Assembly: GCA_038496445.1 (NCBI GenBank)
Contig: JALMLS010000418.1
Span: 224,264 to 288,263 of the forward strand
Length of the DNA: 64,000 nt
Direction: 5' to 3'
DNA from: Trichosphaerium sp. ATCC 40318
Lineage: Eukaryota > Protista > Tubulinea
The notes under the pieces are model-generated. The model did no database searches. It was given only the letters and a program-made list of their open reading frames with translations, and was not told the origin of the DNA. The position numbers and the translations under genes are program-made. Below are positions 1-11,242 of this stretch, piece after piece (positions within the stretch are counted from its first letter, which is position 1; every line of letters begins with the position of its first letter).

Positions 1-501
1 TTTTTTAAATCAAAGGTCTGAAGGTGTTACCTAGAGGTTCTTTGAGTAGAAATAGCTCTGGAAGTAAGTTGATAAATGCTATGCCAAGGAATACACCGCC
101 ACCGAAGGTCTGTTTGAGATGTCAACAAGTCAAAAAAACCTAACAAAAAAGGTACAAAAAAAACGTGTGAAAAAAAATAAAAAAGGATGTTGATGAAAAC
201 TCTCCAATCCATTTGAAATTGCAAGTGAAAGGTCGAGGTGTATTATATGATATGAGTATACTCGTGTACGTTACCTTAGCAAGGCCCAACCAATTGTAGA
301 ACCGTGGTTGTTTTAGAATAAACGGAATACCTGTAAAAAGACCTGCAATCGCTAGAGTGAGGAATAGAAAGCCAATTTTCCATGGTAAAACGCCGTCTTC
401 TCTTTAATTTTGTTTTATTAAACAGTTATGCGTTAAATAGCGTACACAACGTTATCTGTAGGCGCCCCTGTTGTATTTGTAGGGTCGTGTGCTTCCATCA
501 T
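1..501 (-). CDS. ZIP-family (Zrt/Irt-like) metal transporter, 5' part only (continues beyond the window)
   Basis: Spliced translation MMEAHDPT...LPWKIGFLFLTLAIAGLFTGIPFILKQPRFYNWLGLAK|TFGGGVFLGIAFINLLPE matches the ZIP TM2 motif F.GGV.L...F.HLLP. GT-AG introns. Confidence 0.75.
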
Positions 502-1038
502 TGTGTTTTGTTCGCGAGTTGATTTGACAGCGGAAGAAAAAGCGCCCGTGTTATCTTATTGTTCTGAATCATTCTAATAGCAAGACATGTGTCACCTAAG
601 GAAAATTCCGTCGTTACAGCGGTAATAACCGAGGTCAGTGTACATTACGCGTAGAAATCACGTTTTGAGCGAATAACACTATGTTCCGTTCTTCCGTGTT
701 GTTTATGGCGTGCCCTGCTAGAACCCTGGAAAATTACACATAGCTTTCGTTCGGTTTACAATATTGTTCTCCCAGTAGGCGATAAGGTTCTATTGGCATC
801 ACTGCGTACGTTCTAGCGTAAACAAAGGTATTTGAAGACTTTAATCGCTTCAAATTTCTGTCGATTCGGCTTTACTTGCGTAGCTGAAATGCTAAAGGTG
901 TATCGAAATTTACTTTATTTTGCAAAGTCTGCTTTGGGGAGAATCTCAAAGAGTGAGTTTCTCCTTCTATTTTACATGAACGTTAGTTACAGTACGCTAA
1001 ACTAAACCCCTACAGAGAGAGGTTGAAGTCTAAGTATT

Positions 1039-4000
1039 TTAAACGAATTTAGATGGTGTAGTGACATGTGGTTGTCTCAAAAAAGACTTCCTTCTACGGC
1101 CTTCGCGAAGTTTCGCAATCAACTCTTCATCAGGTGGACCACTTGCACTCACAGAGCTAGGTGGTCTAAACTGAGGTCTGACAGTATTGTTGACAGAGTT
1201 CTCCTTGTCTTGAGGCGATGGGGATGTTTTAACTTTCCATACTTTCGTCCTGAACGCGCCGGTAAGTTTGAAGAAAGATTGATAACTCAGAAGAGTTTTT
1301 GTCTTACTTTGGTGTCTTCCTGCCTGGCGTGTATTTTCCTGGGGTGTGCTTCTTTGGTGTTCTATACCTTCTCTCAGGCGTACGCATATTAGAAAGTGCG
1401 GTGGATTTCCTGTAGGTACGAGACTTTGGCGTCCTTGGAGATGACACTATAGAAAAAAAAGTAAGCGTAAATGTACCAAGCCAAATCGCTTTGTACCAGC
1501 AGCCGAACTATAGCGACCACGACGAACAGGAGTTTTTGGACCTTCTGTTCTAGAAGATTGTGTCCTAGGTGCATATCGCGATATAGTATTGCGTTGCTTT
1601 GGAGACCTACGAGTCAACGGTTTACGAACTGATTGAGACCTGCTTGGTAAATTGCTTCTTGTTCTAAGCAGAAACTCCAGTTAATAAAGAGCCTGGGCAA
1701 GTTATATGGATAAAGCGTACGCTGGTCTACCCTTTCGCATACGTCCAGGTGTGCCACGAGAAGAGCCATATCTTTGTAGAGGGCGAGTGGTTTTGACACG
1801 TTGAGTATGTGGTCTCTGAATTGCAGGCCTGCGAGCGATAGTGCGAGGCTTTGTGCGTTGTACACGTTGTACTGTGCGACGCTTTGGTGTTAGGTGTGTA
1901 GATCTCTGGCTGCGCAATGGGGAATCAATTGGGCGCGCAGTACGGGGTTTAGGGATCTACAAGATGGTTAGACCGAAAGGAAACAATCAAAAAAAAAAAA
2001 AAGAGATATCGTACGGAAGCTCTCTTTGGCGTGCGGATAACAGGCATTGGCTTTTTGAATGAAGAAAAGTTCTCCTTGTCACCTGCATCGAGGCCATCCA
2101 ATAAAAATGGTGCACCATGCTTATCAGCAAGTGGAGCACTTAGCAAATAGTTTTCTGTAATATAAAAGGTAAGTACAAAACAACTCGACAAATAATAAAA
2201 AACAGTCAAAAGATGGTTCCCTTTGACAGTTATGAACAGATTTTTTAGCGTTCGCTTATCCAAAGTACTATGGTGATTTGTAGAAGGCTCGAAATTCGGT
2301 TTTGTTTACGAAAAGGGTCTCAGAACCACGTGTACCTTTAAGGAGTAAAAGAAGTTCAAAGGTTTCAATTTGTAGTTGTTGTACAGAGATATCTCCACAG
2401 AGAGTATGTATTGTACTAGTATGCTCGAAAATTTCATCAATAAGAACTTGTCTATGTGTTGCTCCCGAAACAGTATTCGCTTCTTGCAGGATAGATGCCA
2501 GATTTTGTTCTGCGAAAAAAATAAGAATTTGACTGGGTTTGACACTTGACATGTTGAGGTTTTCTTGGCGTACCGTATTGACCAAGTTTGTTGTTTATAG
2601 TATGAAGTTTGCGCACAATAGTCTTTTGCTCGTTTTCCAATGCAGAAGCCTAAAAATAAGCAGTTAAAGCCAGAGATACATAAACAAAAGATAAAACATA
2701 CCAAAGCTTGTTCTCTCTTCATCTTTGAAGGTGTCCTTGCATTTGCGCGTGTATTGATGCCACTAAAAAAATTTGTCAGACAATGGAGTAATTATAAAGC
2801 AGGTAAGACATTACATTGTGTTACACTGAGACATTTTTTGCTTCAGTGATTCGATAGAATTCGATAAGTCATCAAGGCTTTCTTCCGTTGTTTCGATCTC
2901 TTGTGCAATGTCGTCAATCTTCTTTCTGACGCGTCTAACAACTAGCCAAATGTGAGCAACGATCAAATGATGTGAAATATTCCTACTTCCTGCGTCTTTA
3001 CTCGCTTGAGCCTTGTTTTCTTTGCCTAAGAGATTATGTTAAACACGTGATAAATACACGTTTTTTTTTGGCTTTCTTACTTTTTGTATGCCATTCTTGT
3101 TCCTTAGATTCCAAGTCTGCTACCTTGGCTTGAAGAGCTTTTATAATCTTAACATAATCTGCTATGTGTGTTTCTACGGATAAGACATTCTTCGATACCT
3201 AACAAAACTTAAAAAAAATCACTTTTTTTTTTATAACTAACCTTGCAACGAATGTTCTTTGCTCTATTTGCGTAAACAAGCGTATTTTGTGTATCTTCAT
3301 ATGTAACAGATGTTGGTGCTACAGCAGCAATCATAACAGTCTTACAGTTACCACCCAAAGAATCCTTTTGTAAAGTCAACAAAAGTGTTTTTTTTGGTTT
3401 GCATTAAAAATTGTTGGTGCAACTAAGTACCTTCAGCAGACGCGTTAATTTTGAGTCACGATATGGCACATATTTTCCTTCCTTGTAATCTTGACCCAAG
3501 GCGTTGATACAGTTACCCAAAGCCAATAACGATCGGTTAATATTAGCTCCTTCAATGAGCCTTTTGCCGGTATTCTACAAGACGCAACAATCAATAAAAA
3601 GCTTTCTGCGTAAGTTGCATCTACTCATACGTACCTTTGTGCGCTTTGCACGTTCTGATCCAGCAAGATCGATTAAACTTAGTGTAGCTGTTTTAATATC
3701 AGTCTGTAGACCGCGAGCGCGTGGTTTCTGACGGATTTCAATACGGAATACAGCGTGAGATCGAGAGGATTGCTTATTAACATCAGTAGGCGATTGTGAG
3801 CGACGTTCATTTCCTTCTTGAAGTAACTCGAGAACCTAAAAACGAATGAGTCTACAAATCGCTATTACTGGCCTAAAAGAAGGTACATACGCTTTCAGCT
3901 GACTCTGGAGTATGAGAAGATAGTCCTGAGATGACTGAACCTTTAACTGAGTCTTCTCTCAAAGCTAAGTTCGCCGAATCTGAAAAGGAAAAAAAGTCAG

Positions 4001-4706
4001 ACAGATTTGTTGGTACAAGTCATTTATAACACCCACCTGGTACTAGTAAGTCGCGAATGGTTTCATTGTAGACCTCTAAATAAGACATTTTCCAAGTCAA
4101 TTCGACATCTTCTTGTAGAGCTTCGATTTTGGTAAAGAGATCGCGCATTGCTAATACCATTACGCCAGGTTGTTCTTTGGATCCAATCATTGTGTGGGTT
4201 TTACCGGCACCTGTCAAATAACGGTTATTTCGTAGATATCAGGCTTGTAGTGTGCCTGTTGCTCCGTATGCAAAACAAGTGCAGTTAAAGCCCGCTAGTA
4301 CTTCATCGATAAGAATCTTTGTTGTATGCGTGTATACTTCGTCTTGAGTTGAAGTAGCGCCAAACACGCGATCGTACGCAAAATGTTTATTAGATTCTCG
4401 ACGAGACGATCCAATAGTTTTAGGAGCGCTACGTAATGTTAACAGACATTGTACTAACAACGCTTACGCTGATTCCAATGTTGTTGGATTCAAAATCAAC
4501 ATGTGCTCGTCTACGACGCGTAATATCGGTGTCCTAGCGCCTTGTTTTTCTCTCGTTGTCTCAGGGCGCACTCTAACCACTACTGTTACAAAACGACTTT
4601 TTTAAAAAACCCGCGCTAGGTTTACAGGCGTATGTGCGTACCTGACGCATACAATCAAGTTTGGATTGTTGCCTTTTGATTTTCTATCATTTGCAGCTCC
4701 AGACAT
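1039..4706 (-). CDS. Kinesin-8 family (KIF18/KIF19/Kip3-like) motor with long basic S/TP-rich tail
   Basis: Motifs [80 protein letters not shown]. Multi-exon model from MSGAANDRK to ...TTPSKFV*. Confidence 0.9.
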
Positions 4707-5059
4707 TGTTGAGGTATGTAGCAGTACCTATAGTGGAGCGTGAAAGCAGACGTGCTGTCTTTAGTGTGGTTTGTTAGATTACCGTTAAACGTAACAACAA
4801 AAATTTGGCGGTATGTCGTGACAAGCTTAAAGCAAGTGTGAACAACATTAACTAGTCTCAAACAACTACACTATGTACTAAAGGCCATACGAGATTGTCA
4901 CGTGCCAAGTGTATGTCAGTTCACTGTTTTTTTCAGTACACTGAAGCAAATCTTGAGTACGTAATAATATGGAATACCTTTGTGAAATGCGTGTAAAATT
5001 GTGGTGTTTTAAGTCAGTTTTCTGCTGTAAAAGTAATTTAACACAACCGTATTACCGCA

Positions 5060-5699
5060 ATGGTACGTAAATTGTCTATTAATATTACCACTGATTACGT
5101 ACAGCAAGGACAAGCACAACAAAGACAACAAGCCGAAAAACAGCGGTATGATGTTTAATATCGTACTAGAATAATGAATAACGCGTGTACAATAGAAAGG
5201 AACAAGAAATGCGTAAAAAGCAGATTCTTGAACAAATTCTTGATGCTGGGGCTCGTGAACGATGTAAAAAAATCACTGCGATTATTATAAACTAATTTTA
5301 AAAATAGTGGACCGCATTGGGTTAGTACGAAAAGAAAAAGCAAAAGCCGTTGGTGATATGATTATTAACGTACGTAATTTCCATCTAAACGATCAGTTAA
5401 GGGAAAATCTCGTACTATAAATTTGTCACTCATTAACGCTTATTTAGGCTTTCCAAACGAAGAGGTACGTAGTATAGGTATTCAAAAGGAATACGCTAAC
5501 ATAACATGGGTTAACTGGGAAAGTAAATGAACAAATGGTAATCCAAATGCTTCAACAGCTCGATGGACAGACACAAAAAACGTCTGTAAAGGTACCTACC
5601 ATCAGTGTCATAAGTAACACCATGTTGACAAGAAAAAACTTGTAGATACAATCCCGTAGTATGATGGATGATGACGACTTTGATCCTGATGATTTTTAA
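5060..5699 (+). CDS. PDCD5: Programmed cell death protein 5 homolog
   Basis: Spliced: ...KQILEQILDAGARERLDRIGLVRKEKAKAVGDMIIN...KVNEQMVIQMLQQL...SRSMMDDDDFDPDDF*. The first exon is ATG only. Confidence 0.85.
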
Positions 5700-5844
5700 A
5701 ATCTACAAGTAAAAAAAGTATTATACGCGTAGATGACGCGTGTATGTATCAAATATAGTATTTGAGCATATGAAGTTTCTTGAACTGTATGCAAGACTAT
5801 CTATTTGTTAGTTTATTTGGTGAGCTAAAAGGATAGCTACAAGG

Positions 5845-5930
5845 CTCATGCTTCGCTACCCTACGGCGTCCTTGCCTTTGTCGTTTCTGAGCGTGTTTGT
5901 TTTTGAGCTTATTGGCACGATCTCTGTACA
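5845..5930 (-). pseudogene. Orphan third copy of the C-terminal segment of the duplicated UBA-like gene
   Basis: Encodes RDRANKLKNKHAQKRQRQGRRR, similar to RHANKFKNKHAQKRQ at about 6080-6130 and RHANKFKNKHAQKRM at about 19865-19910. Confidence 0.55.
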
Positions 5931-6055
5931 TCAAGTTGACGATAATCTACCGTACTACTTTTTCGGCTTAAACCAAGAAATCTAAATTATGTGCAGTTGG
6001 TGTTTATTTTTTTGTCAGAAATACATGTTACAAGGTTGTTGTATCCGAGATTTTG

Positions 6056-6738
6056 TTATCCTTGATTACTCTTAACAGCACGTTCTTGTCGTTTTTGAGC
6101 GTGCTTGTTTTTGAATTTGTTTGCATGTCTTTGAGGCCTACCCCTTTTAGCACATTGGCTTCGTTTTGAATCCCTCTGTTCTTTACGTTCTTGTCTTTTT
6201 TTGATACGAAATGCCTTTTGTTCCTCCATTGCATTGATCACTTGTTGAACGTCACCTGAGAAGCCGACTTTGATCATTGTGTTGAAGCAAGGTCTCCATC
6301 TCTTGTATCCTTCAGATTGAAGTTGTAGTATTGCTTTGATCCACTGTTCTTGTTGATCCAACGGGACACGTTTCAAGAATCTCGGACATTTCTTGATTGT
6401 GTTGACAAGACCCGCGTTGTCTTCAGAATCCACGTTTTCGCTAGAATCTGTGTCGATGTCGCTTGATTCTGTACTGTTATTCTCCATGCTTTCGCTTGAT
6501 TCTATGTCGTCTTGTTGTTCAGTTGAAGGTTTATCCGATGCCTGTGTATGTGTTAGAGATCTCATTGTTACAATAGGTAATGTGGTTTAGGGTGTACGTT
6601 TTGTATTGATACTGGACCGACTTGAACACCACAATTGAGAATGTTGTTGAGTGTTGATGAAATTTGTTCTTGTTCAATGTCAAACTGGATTGTGACACGG
6701 ACTGGTGAAGTAGTTGATGTTTGTGGTTGTTGAGTCAT
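6056..6738 (-). CDS. Unknown 2-exon protein (copy 1): acidic linker, UBA-like three-helix segment, basic tail
   Basis: Intact ORF after removing the gtacacc...cacag intron (about 6543-6597). Close paralog at 19244-19950. The UBA-like call rests on LQSEGY..W..C...M..VG..GDVQQVIN and is tentative. Confidence 0.7.
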
Positions 6739-7004
6739 TGTTGTTTCTTTATTCGCGTTTAGGTAAGCCACGTTGTTATGTGTGTTGGTTGTTATGAAAT
6801 ATGATTTCATGTTGAACAAAAACAGTTCAGTGAATACAATTAATATTCTTTACTCACTTTTAAACAACCACCAACCAAGTTTCTACACTGGCTCTATCAT
6901 TAATGCGTACGTTTTCCGGATAGGAGATTCTTTCGAGCTCATAATAATGGGATCACTGTGGGGTGAGATTCAACAAACTTAAATAACGACTCAACAGAAA
7001 TCCA
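6056..7004 (-). repeat. About 0.95 kb dispersed duplication, inverted relative to 18981-19950
   Basis: Near-identical blocks include about 260 bp upstream of the ATG (gagtcgttatttaagtttgttgaatctc.ccccacagtgatcccatta...). Confidence 0.9.
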
Positions 7005-7553
7005 TACTGGCTTGCTATAAATCTCTTTGATTGTAAAGAGCCAGGCTGAAATGTTAAAACTGCGCCTGAGATTCAGGCCTTTGCGGCAGACTGCAACCGA
7101 GAAATTAACACGCGCGACTCTACTGTTAATTCAACTTGGCTAGACGCCGTATAATTCTAGTTGGTGATTGGAAAACCAGGAACCAGTTAACTAAAAAACA
7201 AGTCGAGCTTACCAAGCAGGGAGAAAGGTAGTATCAACTTTTTTAAATGCATTTTAAAGTAGAGTGTACAAATAGAACTAGCTCATTTTATAGCTGGATA
7301 CTCACTCCTACAAAAACAGAATCAACTTTAACGCAGTATATACTTATCACGTGATATCCCGTTAGTGATATAAAGCGTGTCTTTGTCAATGCATTCAAAT
7401 TTTTTATAGTTCACTATGTTAGCCTGTAGGTTGTTTACTAACCTCTTTAAAACGGACGGTTACGCTTGGATAAAACGACCTGGTGTGACTTATTTACTCT
7501 ATAAGTGATGGTCGTTTTACGTTAAGTTTTAAAGTACTAACGACTACGACACC

Positions 7554-9148
7554 ATGTCCACTAATCGATTGCGTGTTGAAATGACGAACAGCACTAAACA
7601 GAAACGTAAATCAGCAAAACAAACAGGAGCTAAAAGCGAAGAAAAGAAAAAAAAATCAGCAAAGCAAGCTCAGAAGAAAGAACTCAATGCAAGGGTAAAA
7701 AAGTTTGAAAATACGCGTATGCGGAGATCAGCTTACATGTGCGGTTTATTTTCTTCTATTTGTGAGAGAATCGTTGCAGGTGAGTCGGAGTGTTATTTCG
7801 GGGAGCGTAAAGGCCCCTATTTGGTTTAATTAATTAACATTTGTTTACTCCTGATAGAGTGGAACATATGGGTCTATTCTACTTCACCAGAGATTAACGA
7901 TTGTTTTATTCAAGCGGTATTTCCAAGGCACGTGATTTCGAAGAGGTTTTTTTTTATTTGCGTGGTTACATTGTTTAACGTGTATTTAGATCTTATAAGC
8001 CGACTTGGGGAGAGGTACGTTGTTTTCTGTAAACACGATTGGTAAAAAAAGACTACCATTCAATTGCTGTGATGAGTGGTTTCATGAATGAACCTTACCC
8101 GTACCCGTTAGTTATTTCAAGCATTAGCACATCAAACGATAGCTACTTATGACAGCGAATACGATGCAGAGGCTGACTGCTTCTACTGGAAAGTACGACA
8201 AAAATCATCATCGAAATTGCGCTAATAGATGATTTTTTACTAGTTTGAACCTTTAGGTATCGACTCGTAACACGTGCTATTATTATTCAGTTTTTTTAAC
8301 AAATGTTATTAATAGCCGACGATGTCATGAGAGTACCTTACGGATTTAATTTTCTTCCTGAGGTACGTACAGAATAGGTTAAAGAAACAAGTTATTTGAC
8401 AAACACCTTAGGATTGGTCTGTAATTGATGCAGTACGATTTGACTTTCGAGAGGCTTTGTAACACTGTTTGTTAAGGGTATAGCATTGAGTTATAAACCG
8501 CCATCCGACGTTTATCCTGTTGGGATTGATATATATTATTTTGGGACTTACAGCTTTGATACAAGTGGGTGTTTCTTGCTTTTGTTGTCGATGTGTTAAA
8601 TTTGTTTTAGCTGACGAGAAAAAAAGAATTGAAAAATTTGAAGAGATACGCAATGACTTGGCAGGTAATACATAGTTTATGTCTTGACATGTTTACTAAT
8701 AAATCACATAGAATGTTTTGCGAGATCAGTGGTAAAGTACACAAAAATAAATCCTCCAACGGCTCAGGAGATGGTAACTGTATGACACAATTTTCTTCAA
8801 AATGAGGTTTTTAAAGAAAAACAAAACTTCTTACGAACTACTCTTGTAGAAAAAAATTGGAAGAGCTGGTATTCCTGCATTATATTTTGAATCACCTTGT
8901 TCGCTATCAAATGCAAAATGGCGTCAATGGGTATTTGTTTCAGAAGGTATGGCTAGTTTGTTTTGTATCAAATGATTGTTTTTGGTAAAAAAAGACACAT
9001 AGGTTATTGCCTTGGTATTGGCACGTGTTTAGAGGCAGATGTTGAGAAAATTGTATTACCTGAAATGGAGCAAATGGTATTATCCTTTAGTACGAAATGT
9101 TACGTAGGACCAGACAAAGATGACGTAGACGACGAGAACACTATTTAG
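7554..9148 (+). CDS. Hypothetical multi-exon protein with Lys-rich N-terminus and acidic C-terminus
   Basis: Chain of short exons separated by GT-AG introns (EWNIWVYSTSPE; LFQALAHQTIATYDSEYDAEADCFYWK; ...CYVGPDKDDVDDENTI*). No family recognised. Confidence 0.5.
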
Positions 9149-9202
9149 TTATACAAAGAAAGTCATTCCATCTTTACTGAATAAAATAAATAGACGTTAA
9201 CC

Positions 9203-10010
9203 ATGGAATATACCCTACTTATGATTAACAATACCTTCAGATACTTATTTGTTCCTATTTCATTGTGTTATGAACCAGTCATTCTGGTAACCTCAAAAAT
9301 GAGGCAAATTTCTTGCCTACAAAAAAGATAGAAAATTCACAAGTGGTTCAGCGAACTTGTCATGTCTAGACTCCTGTTTACACTTTGATATTATAGTGTA
9401 TGTACCAGTATTTCTAATTGTTCTAGGTGAAGGTTTAGAATTACACTTTGTAAAACAACGAGAGTTCTTGTAGAGCTTGTTTATAGCTCTGTGCTGCATC
9501 CACAATAATTTCTATTTGCATTTTATACCTTTCTTAACTTGTTTGCGCGTGTCTTATTACTGGATGAGTAACATGGTGCATCAAACAACATTGATTCTAT
9601 TTCAGCTACAGATGTGGTATGCTTTGGATCCATCACTTCGACGGAATCTGAGGAAACCCACTAAAAAACTAAGAAAAATACAAAAAAATACAAGGGATAA
9701 TCCACGGATGTGCTGCATTGTCACTGTTGTTGGTAAGTTACGTTGGTACATCGGAAATCAACTTTACCTTCAACATGCCTTTGACTCTAAGCAACGCGCA
9801 TACAAAGAGAAACCCCTAAAATAACACAATTGTACTTCGGCCTGCATAGGCACCTTGAGAAAGTCTTGATGAATGTCACCAAGATGGACTTACCCACCCT
9901 CCTCTGTGCAAATGCACAGACTTCAACACCAACTGACGCTACCACCAACTCATCATTTTTGTTGTCAACACTGTGAAGAACTATGTTTATGAGCCAGTAC
10001 TAGCTGTAAG
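9203..10010 (+). pseudogene. Decayed tandem RING-finger-like modules
   Basis: Two related segments, ..LCYEPVIL|gtaa (about 9262-9290) and FCCQHCEELC[+T]YEPVLA|gtaag (about 9958-10010), both appear frameshifted and share a donor position. Confidence 0.35.
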
Positions 10011-10405
10011 AATCCTTGGAGTAGCTGCAACTTTGTTGATAGTAAGTTAAAAGCTGTTATGAAGTACAAGTTAGGATTCAAGGCACGTGATCATCGAGAA
10101 ATACATCTAAATCGTTACCTAGTAACCTAAAGAAAATTATCCCTGTCTAGGAAGCCCTATGGAAGTGCACTACATATCTGCTTGAATCACATTGCGTGTC
10201 AAGCTGAAGCCAATCAAAATCTCACTTAACTTTTCGCTTAAGCTACTAAAAAAACCTCAACGGCCTGTCAAACTCTCTTAGTATTCTCCAAGCTCAACCA
10301 CCTTTTGGTTATAGCATCTTACTATTTATAGCAATCAAGAATGTTGCAACAAGGTAAGCAAGAAAACGGAATTTCAGTTTTCGGGTACTGTTATCCTACA
10401 GCGCA

Positions 10406-11061
10406 TTGTATGTCTATTTCTTGAGTTACCTAATTGCAAAAATAGTTCCTACAAATACTCCCCTTCCAGCACGCTTACCAAACGCTATACCAACCTATGT
10501 GACCCTACCACCTTCTATAGCGCCTCCAGCTCCTTTAACAACACCACCTCCACCACAATTGGTTCCACCACCTATTTATTCAATGCCTGCTCCAAGAACG
10601 AAGGACAGGTGTAAAAGTACACCATGTGTACCTCGTAATGGAGTCGTAAAGAAGAATAAGAATAAAAGGAAATCACTAAAACAGTTTGCCGGCAAAAAAC
10701 ATAGCAAGCTTAGAAAAGACGAGAGTGAGGTTAGTACAACATTTTAATACATAAACACGCGTCGTTTCGACTCATATGTTGTTTTTGTAGATTAGGGCTA
10801 AAACGGCAAAATGCGCGTAAGTTTGAACAAAACGCTCTCGTTTAGGTTATTCTTACGATTTTTAGCGCTGAAAACAAGACTCTACAACAGGAAATAGATT
10901 TTATCAAGTTTCAGCTTAAACAACGTCAAGCAGTAATAGAAGGAGCTAAAAAGAAGTTTTCTGATGCTATGACGCATGTTAATGCGTTGACAGCAGAACT
11001 AGAGCGTACACCAAAGTCAAAGAAAGGAAAAAAGCGACGAGCTTCGATAGTCAGATTTTAG
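10406..11061 (+). CDS. Pro-rich protein with basic region + coiled coil (degenerate bZIP-like); start uncertain
   Basis: PPAPLTTPPPPQLVPPP...KKNKNKRKSLKQFAGKKHSKLRKDESE|IRAKTAKCA|AENKTLQQEIDFIKFQLKQRQ...KKRRASIVRF*. Confidence 0.5.
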
Positions 11062-11242
11062 AACGAGAAAATCGACAAGTCTAATTGTAAATACAACTTT
11101 TCAAAAAAAAAAAACGAACCAGAATGTCATTGCAATTGGTGATCAACAGATGACCCCATTACCTCGTTATTTATCTTGTTCTGGTTTAAAGTTTATACGT
11201 GTATAGATGTAGATACTATTTGATGAGGTGCCATGAGATGTT

